DNA of 63,735 bases, the filler included, from Octopus bimaculoides (lineage: Eukaryota), in the NCBI RefSeq assembly GCF_001194135.2. It is 5 parts of 5 records of this genome, joined end to end, with 100 filler letters (N's around TTAATTAATTAA, not from the genome) between each part and the next. Parts side by side here need not be neighbours in the genome. Positions count along the whole stretch, not along the records: positions 46,738 to 54,450 come from NC_068996.1; positions 54,551 to 59,453 come from NC_068989.1; positions 59,554 to 63,735 come from NC_068986.1; 2 more parts are not named here. One strand, given 5' to 3'. The position numbers and the translations under genes are program-made. Positions 53,742-63,735 of this stretch are shown one piece after another; position 1 is the first letter of the stretch; each line of letters starts with the position of its first letter. The notes below the pieces were generated by a model, which did no database searches, was not told the origin of the DNA, and worked only from the letters and a program-made list of their open reading frames with translations.

Positions 53742-54222
53742 AATCTCAGAGATTGTGATAACCAACACTTGTATCGGCTTTGAAAGTTTTTTGTGCATTA
53801 CTCACAGCTAGAGAGGGTGAAGTACTAAACAATTTCCTTGATATGGAAACTGATCACATTTTTGTGCTGCCGAGAAAAAAAGATATTGCTGTCACATTTA
53901 ATTATCAGAAACTTTGTTCATGGTAGTATTACGTGTACCTTGAATGAGGTGTTCGTGTGGATGGTGCCTGTGTGTGTAGAAGGTTAAGGATGACTGGTTA
54001 GCGGTGTCATATGAATAGGAGTGTGTATAGTTGGATGTAGTAGCAATAAGTTTTTAATATACAGACAGTAGAATGTAGGAGGAGACGTTACTGAACCGTG
54101 ACACACACGACAGTTAATATACTGTGAGTTAGAGAGAGTCAAGTTAACATACTGTGGAACCTATAGCTAAACAGTAGCATTCCAGAAAGCTAGTGATCGT
54201 TTACATGGCTGTGCGGCGAGAA

Positions 54223-54406
54223 GTTTACTTCCCGACTAGTTGTTCCGGGTCCACTTCCACTGCGTGACACCTTGGCCAAGTGTCTTCAGTTCCCGTCGAC
54301 TAAATCCACTCATAATCTTTGGTCAGTCGGAGGTTGTTGTGGAAGGCACTTAGCCAAAGTGCCACGCAGGGGTGGGTGTGAACCTGGAACAATTGGTCGG
54401 GAAGTA

Positions 54407-54409
<3 letters not shown>
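54223..54409. repeat. Inverted pair of SINE 5' segments (arms 54223-54287 and 54342-54409)
   Basis: GTTTACTTCCCGAC pairs exactly with GTCGGGAAGTAAAC; similarity continues to gtgtcttc/gaaggcac. Confidence 0.85.
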
Positions 54410-54450
<41 letters not shown>

Positions 54451-54833
54451 NNNNNNNNNNNNNNNNNNNNNNNNNNNNNNNNNNNNNNNNNNNNTTAATT
54501 AATTAANNNNNNNNNNNNNNNNNNNNNNNNNNNNNNNNNNNNNNNNNNNNTTGACTTATTCAAACAGTTATCGAGGCTGCTACTGTTGTTGTTGTGGATG
54601 TGGGAGTGGTGTCTATAGTGGTGGTGGTGGTGGTGGTGGTGGTGGTGGTGGTGATTGCCGGTGGTGTTGCTGCTGCAGCTGCTGCTGGTCGTCTTATGAA
54701 TAGTGGCAATTGTGATAGTGCCGACGATGGTGGTGGATATAATAACAGCGGTGGTGCTGGTCGTCGTAGTGGTGATGATAGTGTTGATGATGATGTGGTG
54801 GTGGTGGTTGTGGTAGAAATGGTACAAATAATC

Positions 54834-54891
<58 letters not shown>

Positions 54892-54948
54892 CAGCAACAG
54901 TAGCAGTATTAGTTGTAGTATTGTGGCAATAGTCGTAGTGGTAGTAGT

Positions 54949-55268
54949 GAAGGCGCGTGGCTAAGTGGTTAGGGCATTCGGCTCGCGATTGTAAGTTCGT
55001 GAGTTCAATTCCCGGCTATGCGTTGTGTCCATGAGCAAGACACTTTATTTCACGTTGCTCCAGTCCACTCCGCTGGCAAAAATGAGTTGTACCTGTATTT
55101 CAAAAGGCCAGCCATGTCACACTCTGTGTCACGCTGAATCTCCCTGAGAACTACGTTAAGAGTACGCATGTCTGTGGAGTGCTCAGCCACTTGTACGTTA
55201 ATTTCACGAGCAAGCTGTTCTGTTGATCGTATCAGCTGGGACCTTCGTCGTCGTAACCGACGGAGTGC
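54949..55268 (+). mobile_element. tRNA-derived SINE (type A2, CORE-like central domain)
   Basis: A box TGGCTAAGTGG, B box GAGTTCAATTCC, central gtgtccatgagcaagacactttatttcacg; sits in a (TAG)-rich tract with an imperfect agtggta.ta.t duplication. Confidence 0.9.
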
Positions 55269-55432
55269 TCCTTTTAGTGGTAATAATAGTGATGATCGTA
55301 GCAGAGGACGTGCTAGTAGCAGGGTTATTAATATTATTATTAATAAAGGCAACGAGCTGGCAGAATCATTAGCACGCCGGACATAATGCTCAGCAACATT
55401 TTATCTGTCTTTACGTTCTGAGTTCAAATTCG

Positions 55433-55975
55433 GTGGTGCGCTTCAAATCACCTCGCTCAAATCATCCCCACGATGCTGTATTATCCCTAACGTCCTGTGT
55501 ATTCCTTTCAAACTTTCCATGCATTCTCATTTCAAGACGGTCTTCTTTTCTCTTCTCAGCTCTTAGGTTGAACTCTTCCTTACCCATCATTTCATCTGCG
55601 TTTACACCCATATCTTTCGTGGCATATTGCAGCAGGTCTTCATCACTATTTATCAAATGCTCGGCAAGCGTTCTCCTTTCACTCCTTATACAATGGTCTA
55701 TACTAATTAGTCCTTTGCCACCATTCTTTCTTTTCACATACAGTCTGTTTACGTTTGCTTTAAGGTATAGCGCCCCATGCAGCGTTATCAAGTTTTTGGC
55801 ATTCATGTTGGATTTCAACACCATCTTCACCCTATTTTGATACGCCTCGCTGACCTTGACTTTCATTTCTCAGTGTAGAATGTCATCCAGCTCCAAAATT
55901 CCTAAATATCTATACCCACTACCGTCGGGTTCACCCATGGTCTCTCCTGATGGTAAACGCAGTCGTTCAGTGTCA
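55433..55975 (-). mobile_element. R4/Dong-like non-LTR retrotransposon fragment (end of RT and post-RT region), internally deleted
   Basis: GYRYLGILELDDIL...RVKMVLKSNMNAKNLI[del]...RLYVKRKNGGKGLISI...MHGKF...WG*FERGDLKRTT, typical of R4-clade ORFs (LY..R..GGRGL, LHG.F, W.WL..G.LK..TE). Confidence 0.8.
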
Positions 55976-56429
55976 CCCGATTCGTTCAGTGTCACCATCT
56001 ATTAGGAATCCCAGGCATCGATGTTTCGAGTTTTTTTTACTCTTGTCAATGAGATGTACCTAGGAGAGGTAACTCTGAACGAACTTAATAAAGCCGTAGC
56101 TTTATATATAATTCAGTCAATACATTGACTGATTTGTACTAGCAAATCGCCCGACCGAGGTAAATAACGAAGTGTCAGCACGAAGCAGTGCGTAAGTATA
56201 TGCAGAATTAGGTAAGTTGAAATATGTTTGTCATATATTTCTACTAATAAAAGACAAATGCACTGCAGTTACCGAGGAGAAAAGAAAATCTCTCTTACAG
56301 GTACTAAGAGTAAAGGTCATGCATTTTTCTTCCTTCACTACAGGACAGAAAACCCGAATGAGGTTCGTATTCTAACACTCGTATGGGCTATTTGTCTCCC
56401 AAACATGTACCTCATTCCTGAATTAAATA

Positions 56430-56610
56430 GGGTCTCGGATCATTGCCTGGTCTGCAATATATCTTCAACGTGTACCTGATGATGGTCATTTGTCCAACGT
56501 CATTACCAGCCGCTCCAGGTCCGCTTCACTGGCACCCCCAGCAGCGTGATCTTGTATGTTCACTGTTCCATTATGTCGAGAAGAAAGGGAACTCTTCCGA
56601 CAAGCCTACA
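56430..56610 (-). mobile_element. RTE-like RT relic with internal deletion
   Basis: FLLDIMEQ..IQDHAAGG[del]ASEADLERLVMTLDK..RYTLKI resembles RTE RT (LE.IM..AL.DH.GG...A.SE.EL..LV..LD.....YGLKI). Confidence 0.5.
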
Positions 56611-58328
56611 AATTTGGAGATTTTATTTATAACCTTTTCACATAAGTTTGTGAACCTCATTGTGTCGTAGTGGCTGTTTTTTTAATTTTTACTGGATGGT
56701 CAGTGTGCTCTTCATCTTGAATTTAAGTGGGGCCGAAACAGTTAAACAATCAGCATGCTCAGCGACTATTCAGATCAATAACATAACAGAAAATTAAATG
56801 TTAGAAAATGTGTAGAGTCAAGAACACGAAGTTTCTCTTGAAAATAATGTTGAAGGCGTGCTTGTTTATGACTCTTCTACCATCATTGTGACGATTACCT
56901 CTTACCGCCACTTCTACGAAAGCCATCTTGCCATACGTGTTAATACTGAAAATGTATTTATCAAAACTGTTACGATAAACTTTTCCTTTACCTCCCCACT
57001 CCAGATAATAGGGGTAGACGTTCTGAAACTCTTTGGCAGTAAGAAGACACCCAACCCTCAAAAAAAAAAAAACAGAAAAAAAAAAAAGAAAAAGAATTTT
57101 CTTTCATAAGTTAATCTAAGAAAAAATATTTTCTGAGCGAAGCCCTGTTCAGTAAACAGCAGCAGCAGCAGTAGCAGCAGCAGCAGCAGCTGCAGCAGTA
57201 ACAACTTATGTACAGAATGTGAGATTAAGCCTTTCTAAATGAATTCGTTACAGTAATCACTTGCACTATGCATCTAATATCATTAAATTAAATCCTTAAT
57301 GAGAGCGACTAATTAGATGCACTGAAACTTAGCTGGACTAAAATGCCATACAACATTTAGGCTTATATAAAGCTTTTCTCTCACAATTTTGTATTTACAG
57401 TCTGTCTGGAATTTGGCTGTCACCCTTAAGGATTCGGGGGAAGTAAATAGCTACAATATATGTGGTATGATTGCTATTGATTTATGCCTTTATCGCAAAA
57501 CAAAGGTGAAGGACTTCATGTAAGCATTATGGTTATAGAACTGCTAAATATAGTAATGAATTCACCCTCCTCAATCACTGTTAATCAATGAGTGTTCTCC
57601 GTCACAGTTGATCCAGGGTTAAACAGCACTACATTTACTTCAACATCATTACCAGCTACCCAACGTCAGCTGCAATAACTGCATAGCCACCCACAGCAGT
57701 ATCAACAAAACGCACAAAAGCCTCTTCAAGGTCGCTTATCTTGCTAGAAATAACAGTTAAATTTTCCCTAATCATACGTTACTGTTTCGAAACAAAATGA
57801 CGGTAGTCCTAGATACACTTCTGTCTAAAAAGATAAAGTTTAAAAAAAACGAATGTAGGAAAAATGGCTTGCGGGTCACTGTTGAAATGCTTTTGATCAG
57901 AGACAGNNNNNNNNNNNNNNNNNNNNNNNNNNNNNNNNNNNNNNNNNNNNNNNNNNNNNNNNNNNNNNNNNNNNNNNNNNNNNNNNNNNNNNNNNNNNNN
58001 NNNNNNNNNNNNNNNNNNNNNNNNNNNNNNNNNNNNNNNACGGTGATCGGCGGCGATGGTGACGACGGCGAAGCCAACAACAACAACATCAACAACAAAG
58101 AAAGCAGTCTTTTGCCGAGCCAAAATAAATCAGATTAAATGAAATATTTAATGGAAAGTTCAGGCAGAGTATTATCGCAGCTCGAGCGAGACCTCCTTCA
58201 CATAGATTTCCTTGGATTAAAAACCTTGTGTTTCCTGCTGAAAAACACGGATCCACACAAATCCCCAGCCTTGTGCCGCTGCTTGGTATGTATCCTGGAG
58301 TGAAAAAAAGAAAAAAAGAAGAACGAAA

Positions 58329-58374
<46 letters not shown>

Positions 58375-59072
58375 CATAAAGTCAATTAACTAAAGGAATG
58401 AAGGAAATGAGAAATAGAAAGAAAGAAAGAAACAAAGAAGAGAACAAACAAAATTGAATGCGAAAGAAACAGACGTAAAGAAAACTTTAAATACACACAT
58501 ACACACACAAAAGTATATATGTACACACATGCGCGTATATATACATACACACACATATACACACATACATACCCACACCCCCACGCACATAAATATACAC
58601 ATATACACACAAACATACACACTCACACACATATACTTACCCCCCCCCCCAGACACACACACATAAAGCAGCAACAACAACAGCAGCTACAACAACAGCA
58701 ACAACTGATAAAAAGTGAAGTGGAAAATGTAAGGAAATGAGTGATTGATCTTACAGACTTACTTTTGGATCCTATGGGAGAGGTTGAGTTTCTTGGCTTT
58801 TTTCTTTTTTTCCTTTTTTGACTCACGTCTTTTCTTTCACTTCCCCACCTTCGCTCTCTCCCCCCTCTCTCTCTCTCTTTCTCTCCGCATCATTCTCGTA
58901 ATTTCTCTCTCTCCACCTCCTTGCTTCTCTTTCTGTGACTGTCTGTCTGTCTGTCTGTCTTCCCTTCTACGCATGTATGTATTTATTATGTGCCTCTGTG
59001 TGTGTGTAATTTATGTAAGTGTGTGTGAGTGTGTATTATGTATATGTAAATTGATATATACACTTATATATA

Positions 59073-59453
59073 CAGGGACTGGACAAAATAATGGAAACAC
59101 CTAGCATCATAGCATTATAATTTTGAAATATCTATAAAACCGTGAAAAGCTTGTTTATTTTTATGTTTTTTGATTTATTATTAGTGTTGCTTAATATGTT
59201 TTGCAAAAATTGCTGTTTCTTTTCAGATATCATAAGATAAAGGTAATTAAAATTCATTAAAATGACAGATCTATCGGACTTTCAAAGAGGTCAAATTGTT
59301 GGTTCTCGTATGGCAGGCGCTAGCATAACGAAAAGAGCCGAAATGTTTGGTGTATCAAGAAGTACTGTCTCGAAAGTAATGACAGCCTTTGAGAAAGAGG
59401 GAAAAACCTCCTCCTCGAAACAAAACTCTGGAAGAAAATCAAAACTTTCAGAT
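59073..59453 (+). mobile_element. Tc1-family transposon 5' end with uninterrupted transposase N-terminus (ATG at 59262), cut by a gap
   Basis: TA|CAGGGACTGGACAAAATAATGGAAACAC terminus; MTDLSDFQRGQIVGSRMAGASITKRAEMFGVSRSTVSKVMTAFEKEGKTSSSKQNSGRKSKLSD (paired-like HTH and GRPR-like motif). Confidence 0.9.
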
Positions 59454-61060
59454 NNNNNNNNNNNNNNNNNNNNNNNNNNNNNNNNNNNNNNNNNNNNTTA
59501 ATTAATTAANNNNNNNNNNNNNNNNNNNNNNNNNNNNNNNNNNNNNNNNNNNNTATATATATATATATTATAATATAAAATATATATGTATATACAGTAT
59601 ATAATATACATATGTATATAATATGCGTATATGCATATTATATCATATATAAATTCACTTCATTTTTTTTTCACCCTCTCCTTTTTAGTGGAATTGGGCG
59701 CAGATTAACTTCCCCAATATGAATGTTAGATCAAGGAAGAAGTGGGTACAGCGACCATGACCTTTGCAGGCCCACTCACACTGATCATTTGTATTAAAAT
59801 CTTATCAAAATCGCGGCCCTTGATATCATACAGACACAAAAGATTGGGTGCAACGGTCAGGTAAAACTTAAAAGTGCTCATTAGAATGATTAAAACCCGT
59901 ACAGACAAGAAACCTAATTTTTAATTTATATATTCTTTACATTGAATTATGTTGTTTTTTTTGTGTGTGTATTTTTATCTAGTCTCACTTCAAGGCGATA
60001 AGCTGGCTGAATGATGTTTACATGTTACTGACAAAGTGCTCTGCACCGCTTCTTCTGGCTTTGAGTTCAAATTCCACCGTGTTCGACTGGGCCAGTCCTC
60101 CTTTCCGGGGTGATAAAATAGGTAACAGTTGAATCCTGGAGTCAATGGAGTCGATTTATACTCCTCCTTCATAAATGCTATCCTTGTTTCAAAATTTGAA
60201 GCCATAATTCATAGTCAGTCCGAATATAAATTTTAATTTGATTAGCTATTCTATTACAACCTGCAAATGCCCTTGAATTCTACAATGCCCATAGGAGCTT
60301 CATTTGCATTTATTATTGAAAGTTTCATTTCTCGTTCAAAGTTCGACTATGTCTTATGTTTGTTGCATTTTTTCATTGGTGACTGCAGAGTCTTTCTTCA
60401 AATGCAGTGTCGCTGTTTCTAAATCCGTCTCATGAATGCCTTTTATTTGTCCGTTATAGAATCAATGGCTATTGAAAAAGTTTCAAGTCGCAATGAAAAT
60501 TTTAGTAAAAAAATAACAAGTAAATGAGTGGAAGTCAGACTGGTGAGAGTGTTAAATCAATAAGGCACTAAAAGAGAATGACTCTCCCTAGACACAATAA
60601 AATATGCTTCAACACACGAATTCACATAAAGAATCTTGCAAACCAAATACAAAAAGACAATTTTAAATATTTGCTTTCTCATTTAATTTTAATTAAATTC
60701 TTATGTTTAATCCAAACTTTTTGTACTTTTTATGGGCCACATTCAATAGTAAGTTTTTATTGTGTTTAAAGTTTCGTGAAAATCGGTTGAAAACTGTAGA
60801 AATGCATACGTACTACATATACACACACATCCTTTGATTTACATATATATATATATCGATACCAAATGGTGAAGGCTTACGTCTCTAATCCTCAAACATA
60901 AAATGAAGTTTCCCTGAGGATTAGAGACATTGAGATCGGATTGTGATGCGCCAGTTTCAATATACTAGTTCTTCTGTACCAAATACAGTTTTCTTGTTAA
61001 CACTCATTTCTTTGTATAAACGTACATACATACATATAGTTACACACATACACAAACATG

Positions 61061-61147
<87 letters not shown>

Positions 61148-61224
61148 GTATATATATGTGTGTACATGTATATACATATATATATATATATATGTGTGTG
61201 TGCGTGTGTGTGTGTGTGTGTACG

Positions 61225-61380
61225 ATGGGTTTCCATACAGTTTCTGTCTACCAAATTCAATCACAAAGCATTGGGGCTAAAATAAAATAAAACTCATTTG
61301 CCCAAGGTGCCACGCTGTGGGACTGAACCCGAAACCATTTGCTTGGAAAACCAGTTTCTTAACCACACAGTCATACTTGC
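61225..61380 (-). mobile_element. tRNA-headed SINE 5' part with CORE-like domain, abutting (TG)/(TA) repeats
   Basis: ttgcccaaggtgccacgctgtgggactgaacccgaaacc; related to 2160-2310 and 54290-54409. Confidence 0.7.
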
Positions 61381-62607
61381 AACTATATATTAGTATGGTT
61401 TATATTTCACTGAAATAATATGTCATCAAATACTAGTAGGAAAGTCCTAGCGGCTTAGGCCTCGATGTAAATGTGAAAATCGACATTTTTTATTCTATTA
61501 TAGCCGTGACCTGTTTTAAAATGCCGAGTATTTTTTCTGGATAAATCGCAATGAAAAAAAGAATAAAGAAAAGGAAATGAACAAATGTTTGTCTCACAGA
61601 GAAAAGATAAAATCAATTTCGTTTGTATACTTTAGCAAACATATGTTCTATCTTTGATCTTACTTTCTACATTTACAATTACGTAAAACCATTATGATTG
61701 CAATGTATATATCGATTAAAAATATTTTGAAAAAAAACACACGCACACACAGAGAAATGATTTTAATGGAATGCTAAAACATACATACACACACATATAC
61801 ACAGTCACACACACATACATACATTCATACATACATACATACATACATACATACACACATACATACGAATGTGTATGCGTTGTCTGTAGCGACAGTAAAT
61901 GTATATAGGTTTTCATGTTTATTTAACAATTGTATCCAAAAGATCGATTAAGTGGTCTCCCTTTGTAAGTGACTAAGGGCGCCAGCTGAAACGCAACCTC
62001 TTCTGTTCTGACATACTTACCGAACTAGCTTCTTTACTAGGAAAATATTTGCTTATCTCGTGTCGCGTTTATCCGTGTCTCATAGTCTGTCAAATAATTG
62101 ACTGGTCATTCGGTGTATCCATATATCTAGAAGAACATTTAAAACTATATTTGTCGTTCTAATTATTTATCGATTACCCCACCACTACCACCACCACCAC
62201 CATACACTACCAAACACTACCAAACATCTTATCGCACATATTTAAAGATCTACGTACGAACCGTAAGCATACAAATACACCCACACAAACACACACACAC
62301 ATACACACACACAGAGGCGTACTAGCACACATTTATTTCATACGAGTTAAGAAAACGTAAATACATGCTTAATTCCGTCGTAATGTATGTGTGTACGTGT
62401 GTGAATGTGTGTGTGTGTGTATACGCGCGTGCATGTGTGTATATGCATAGATATATATTTCTATATACGTGCATATGTGCGTGTGCATGTGTGTATACAC
62501 ACATACATACATACATACATATATACATGCATTGGTTGCCTCAGCTGCACATTGCTGAAAGTTAAGTTAAACATTGTGTGTGTGTGTGTGTGTGTGTGTC
62601 TGTGTGT

Positions 62608-62686
<79 letters not shown>

Positions 62687-63417
62687 GTTGTGTGTTTCAT
62701 ATGTTACATCATATTGTCAATGAAAGAGGAAGAGAGAGTGTTTCGAAACACGGTATAAAGCATATTGCTGATAATATCTTAATTCTTCTGCAACTCGCCT
62801 CCGAGGTTAATCAGAGCATCAAATAACAAAAATAAATGAGAAACAACTGATCTTTCCGGTTATCATTTCGAGCTCGTCTTACATACGATACATCCGAACG
62901 GCTTCATTCTTTTGCATGCTGATATCGTTTCCATTTAGCGGTTTGCAAAAGTTGCTTCGGTTGCCATCGATTCATTGGCCAATTGGCTTTAACATTTCTC
63001 TGGGCAGCTTTTGCTATTATATCAGGGTTGTTGTTTCTTTTTAATTCTTATCATTCTCGAGTTATATCTTTTCCTAAGACAAAGTAAGTTGTTCTCTTAA
63101 CTCTACTTGTTGATTTCTTAATCATATACTGTTATTTTTTGGCCATTGATATACAGATAACCTCTTTTATATATCTTTGAGTGTTTAATGTTCTTGAAGT
63201 TAAATATCTTTTCCTAGTTCATTGTTATTTTACTTGGAGACATGCATATATCTCTCTTTCTCTCCCCTCTATCTCTCTCTCTCCCTCTCTCTTCCTCTCT
63301 TTCTCTCTCCCTCTCTCTCACCGACGAATAAAAATTTTCGCTTATATTTCTCTACTTCTATTATCAAGATTGCGCCTAAACAAGGAAAGGAAGGCTTGTT
63401 TTTTTTTTTCTGCTTAG

Positions 63418-63619
63418 TAGCCATACTAAAAGAAACAGTGTGGAAGACGCGTGTAAGAGGTATAGTGACAGGTACCTTCGACTCCGGCCAGGCGTTGGTT
63501 AACTTCTTTAGTTACCACCTCGATATTAAGATCAGGCTGGAGAAGAGATACCTGTTACAGGATATGGTCACGAAAACATGGAAGCAATTAGTGAACAAGC
63601 TACGAGTGATTGGAACCAG
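63418..63619 (+). CDS. Candidate internal coding exon, unknown protein (xAILKETVWKTRVRGIVTGTFDSGQALVNFFSYHLDIKIRLEKRYLLQDMVTKTWKQLVNKLRVIGTx)
   Basis: Acceptor tttttttttttctgcttag| (tandem TAGTAG), consensus donor CAG|gtaagt, 202 nt, one open frame (phase 1>2), higher GC than the flanks. Confidence 0.6.
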
Positions 63620-63735
63620 GTAAGTGGGGCCAGAAGGAAAAGTAAAAGTTCGAACCGGGCGTTTGGAAGCCTTTCCTTCAGTCACGCATTGCAAAATTTG
63701 CAAGGATCATCAAGTTTAATTGAAATTTAAAAAAA

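Noticed and set aside
56507-56605. 99-nt minus-strand exon-like segment (tag|...|gtaatg; ACRKSS...ASEADLERL)
   Set aside because: Better explained as an RTE-like RT relic, since similarity continues past the supposed donor.

Overview
AT-rich, microsatellite-dense eukaryotic genomic DNA from a gapped short-read scaffold. The SINE types, mariner/Tc1 relics and (TA)n/(CA)n/(AAT)n density point to an octopus or other coleoid cephalopod; this is inference, not a database result. There is no long intact gene, rRNA, true tRNA, CRISPR array or prokaryotic system. Most recognisable sequence is decayed mobile DNA: LINE fragments (CR1/L2/Jockey-like, RTE-like, R4/Dong-like, Tx1/L1-like), two mariner relics, a Tc1 5' end, a Tigger/pogo-like MITE and at least three tRNA-derived SINE types. 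Almost all ORFs in the supplied track are microsatellite or N-gap artefacts. Best second-look items: (i) a CpG-depleted left half versus a CpG-retaining right half, supported by a paired SINE comparison (7 CpG>TpG/CpA changes, all in the left copy), consistent with a methylated gene body; (ii) four phase-compatible minus-strand candidate exons (32540>13712) giving an unrecognised 94-aa frame, with an RFX X-box-like cluster in one putative intron; (iii) a 29-nt U2 snRNA 5' fragment; (iv) R4/Dong-like and Tx1-like 3' ends abutting AAT-type microsatellites; (v) modular SINEs and inverted repeats; (vi) a clean 202-nt plus-strand exon candidate near the right end. I cannot support a claim of a new biological system from this sequence alone.
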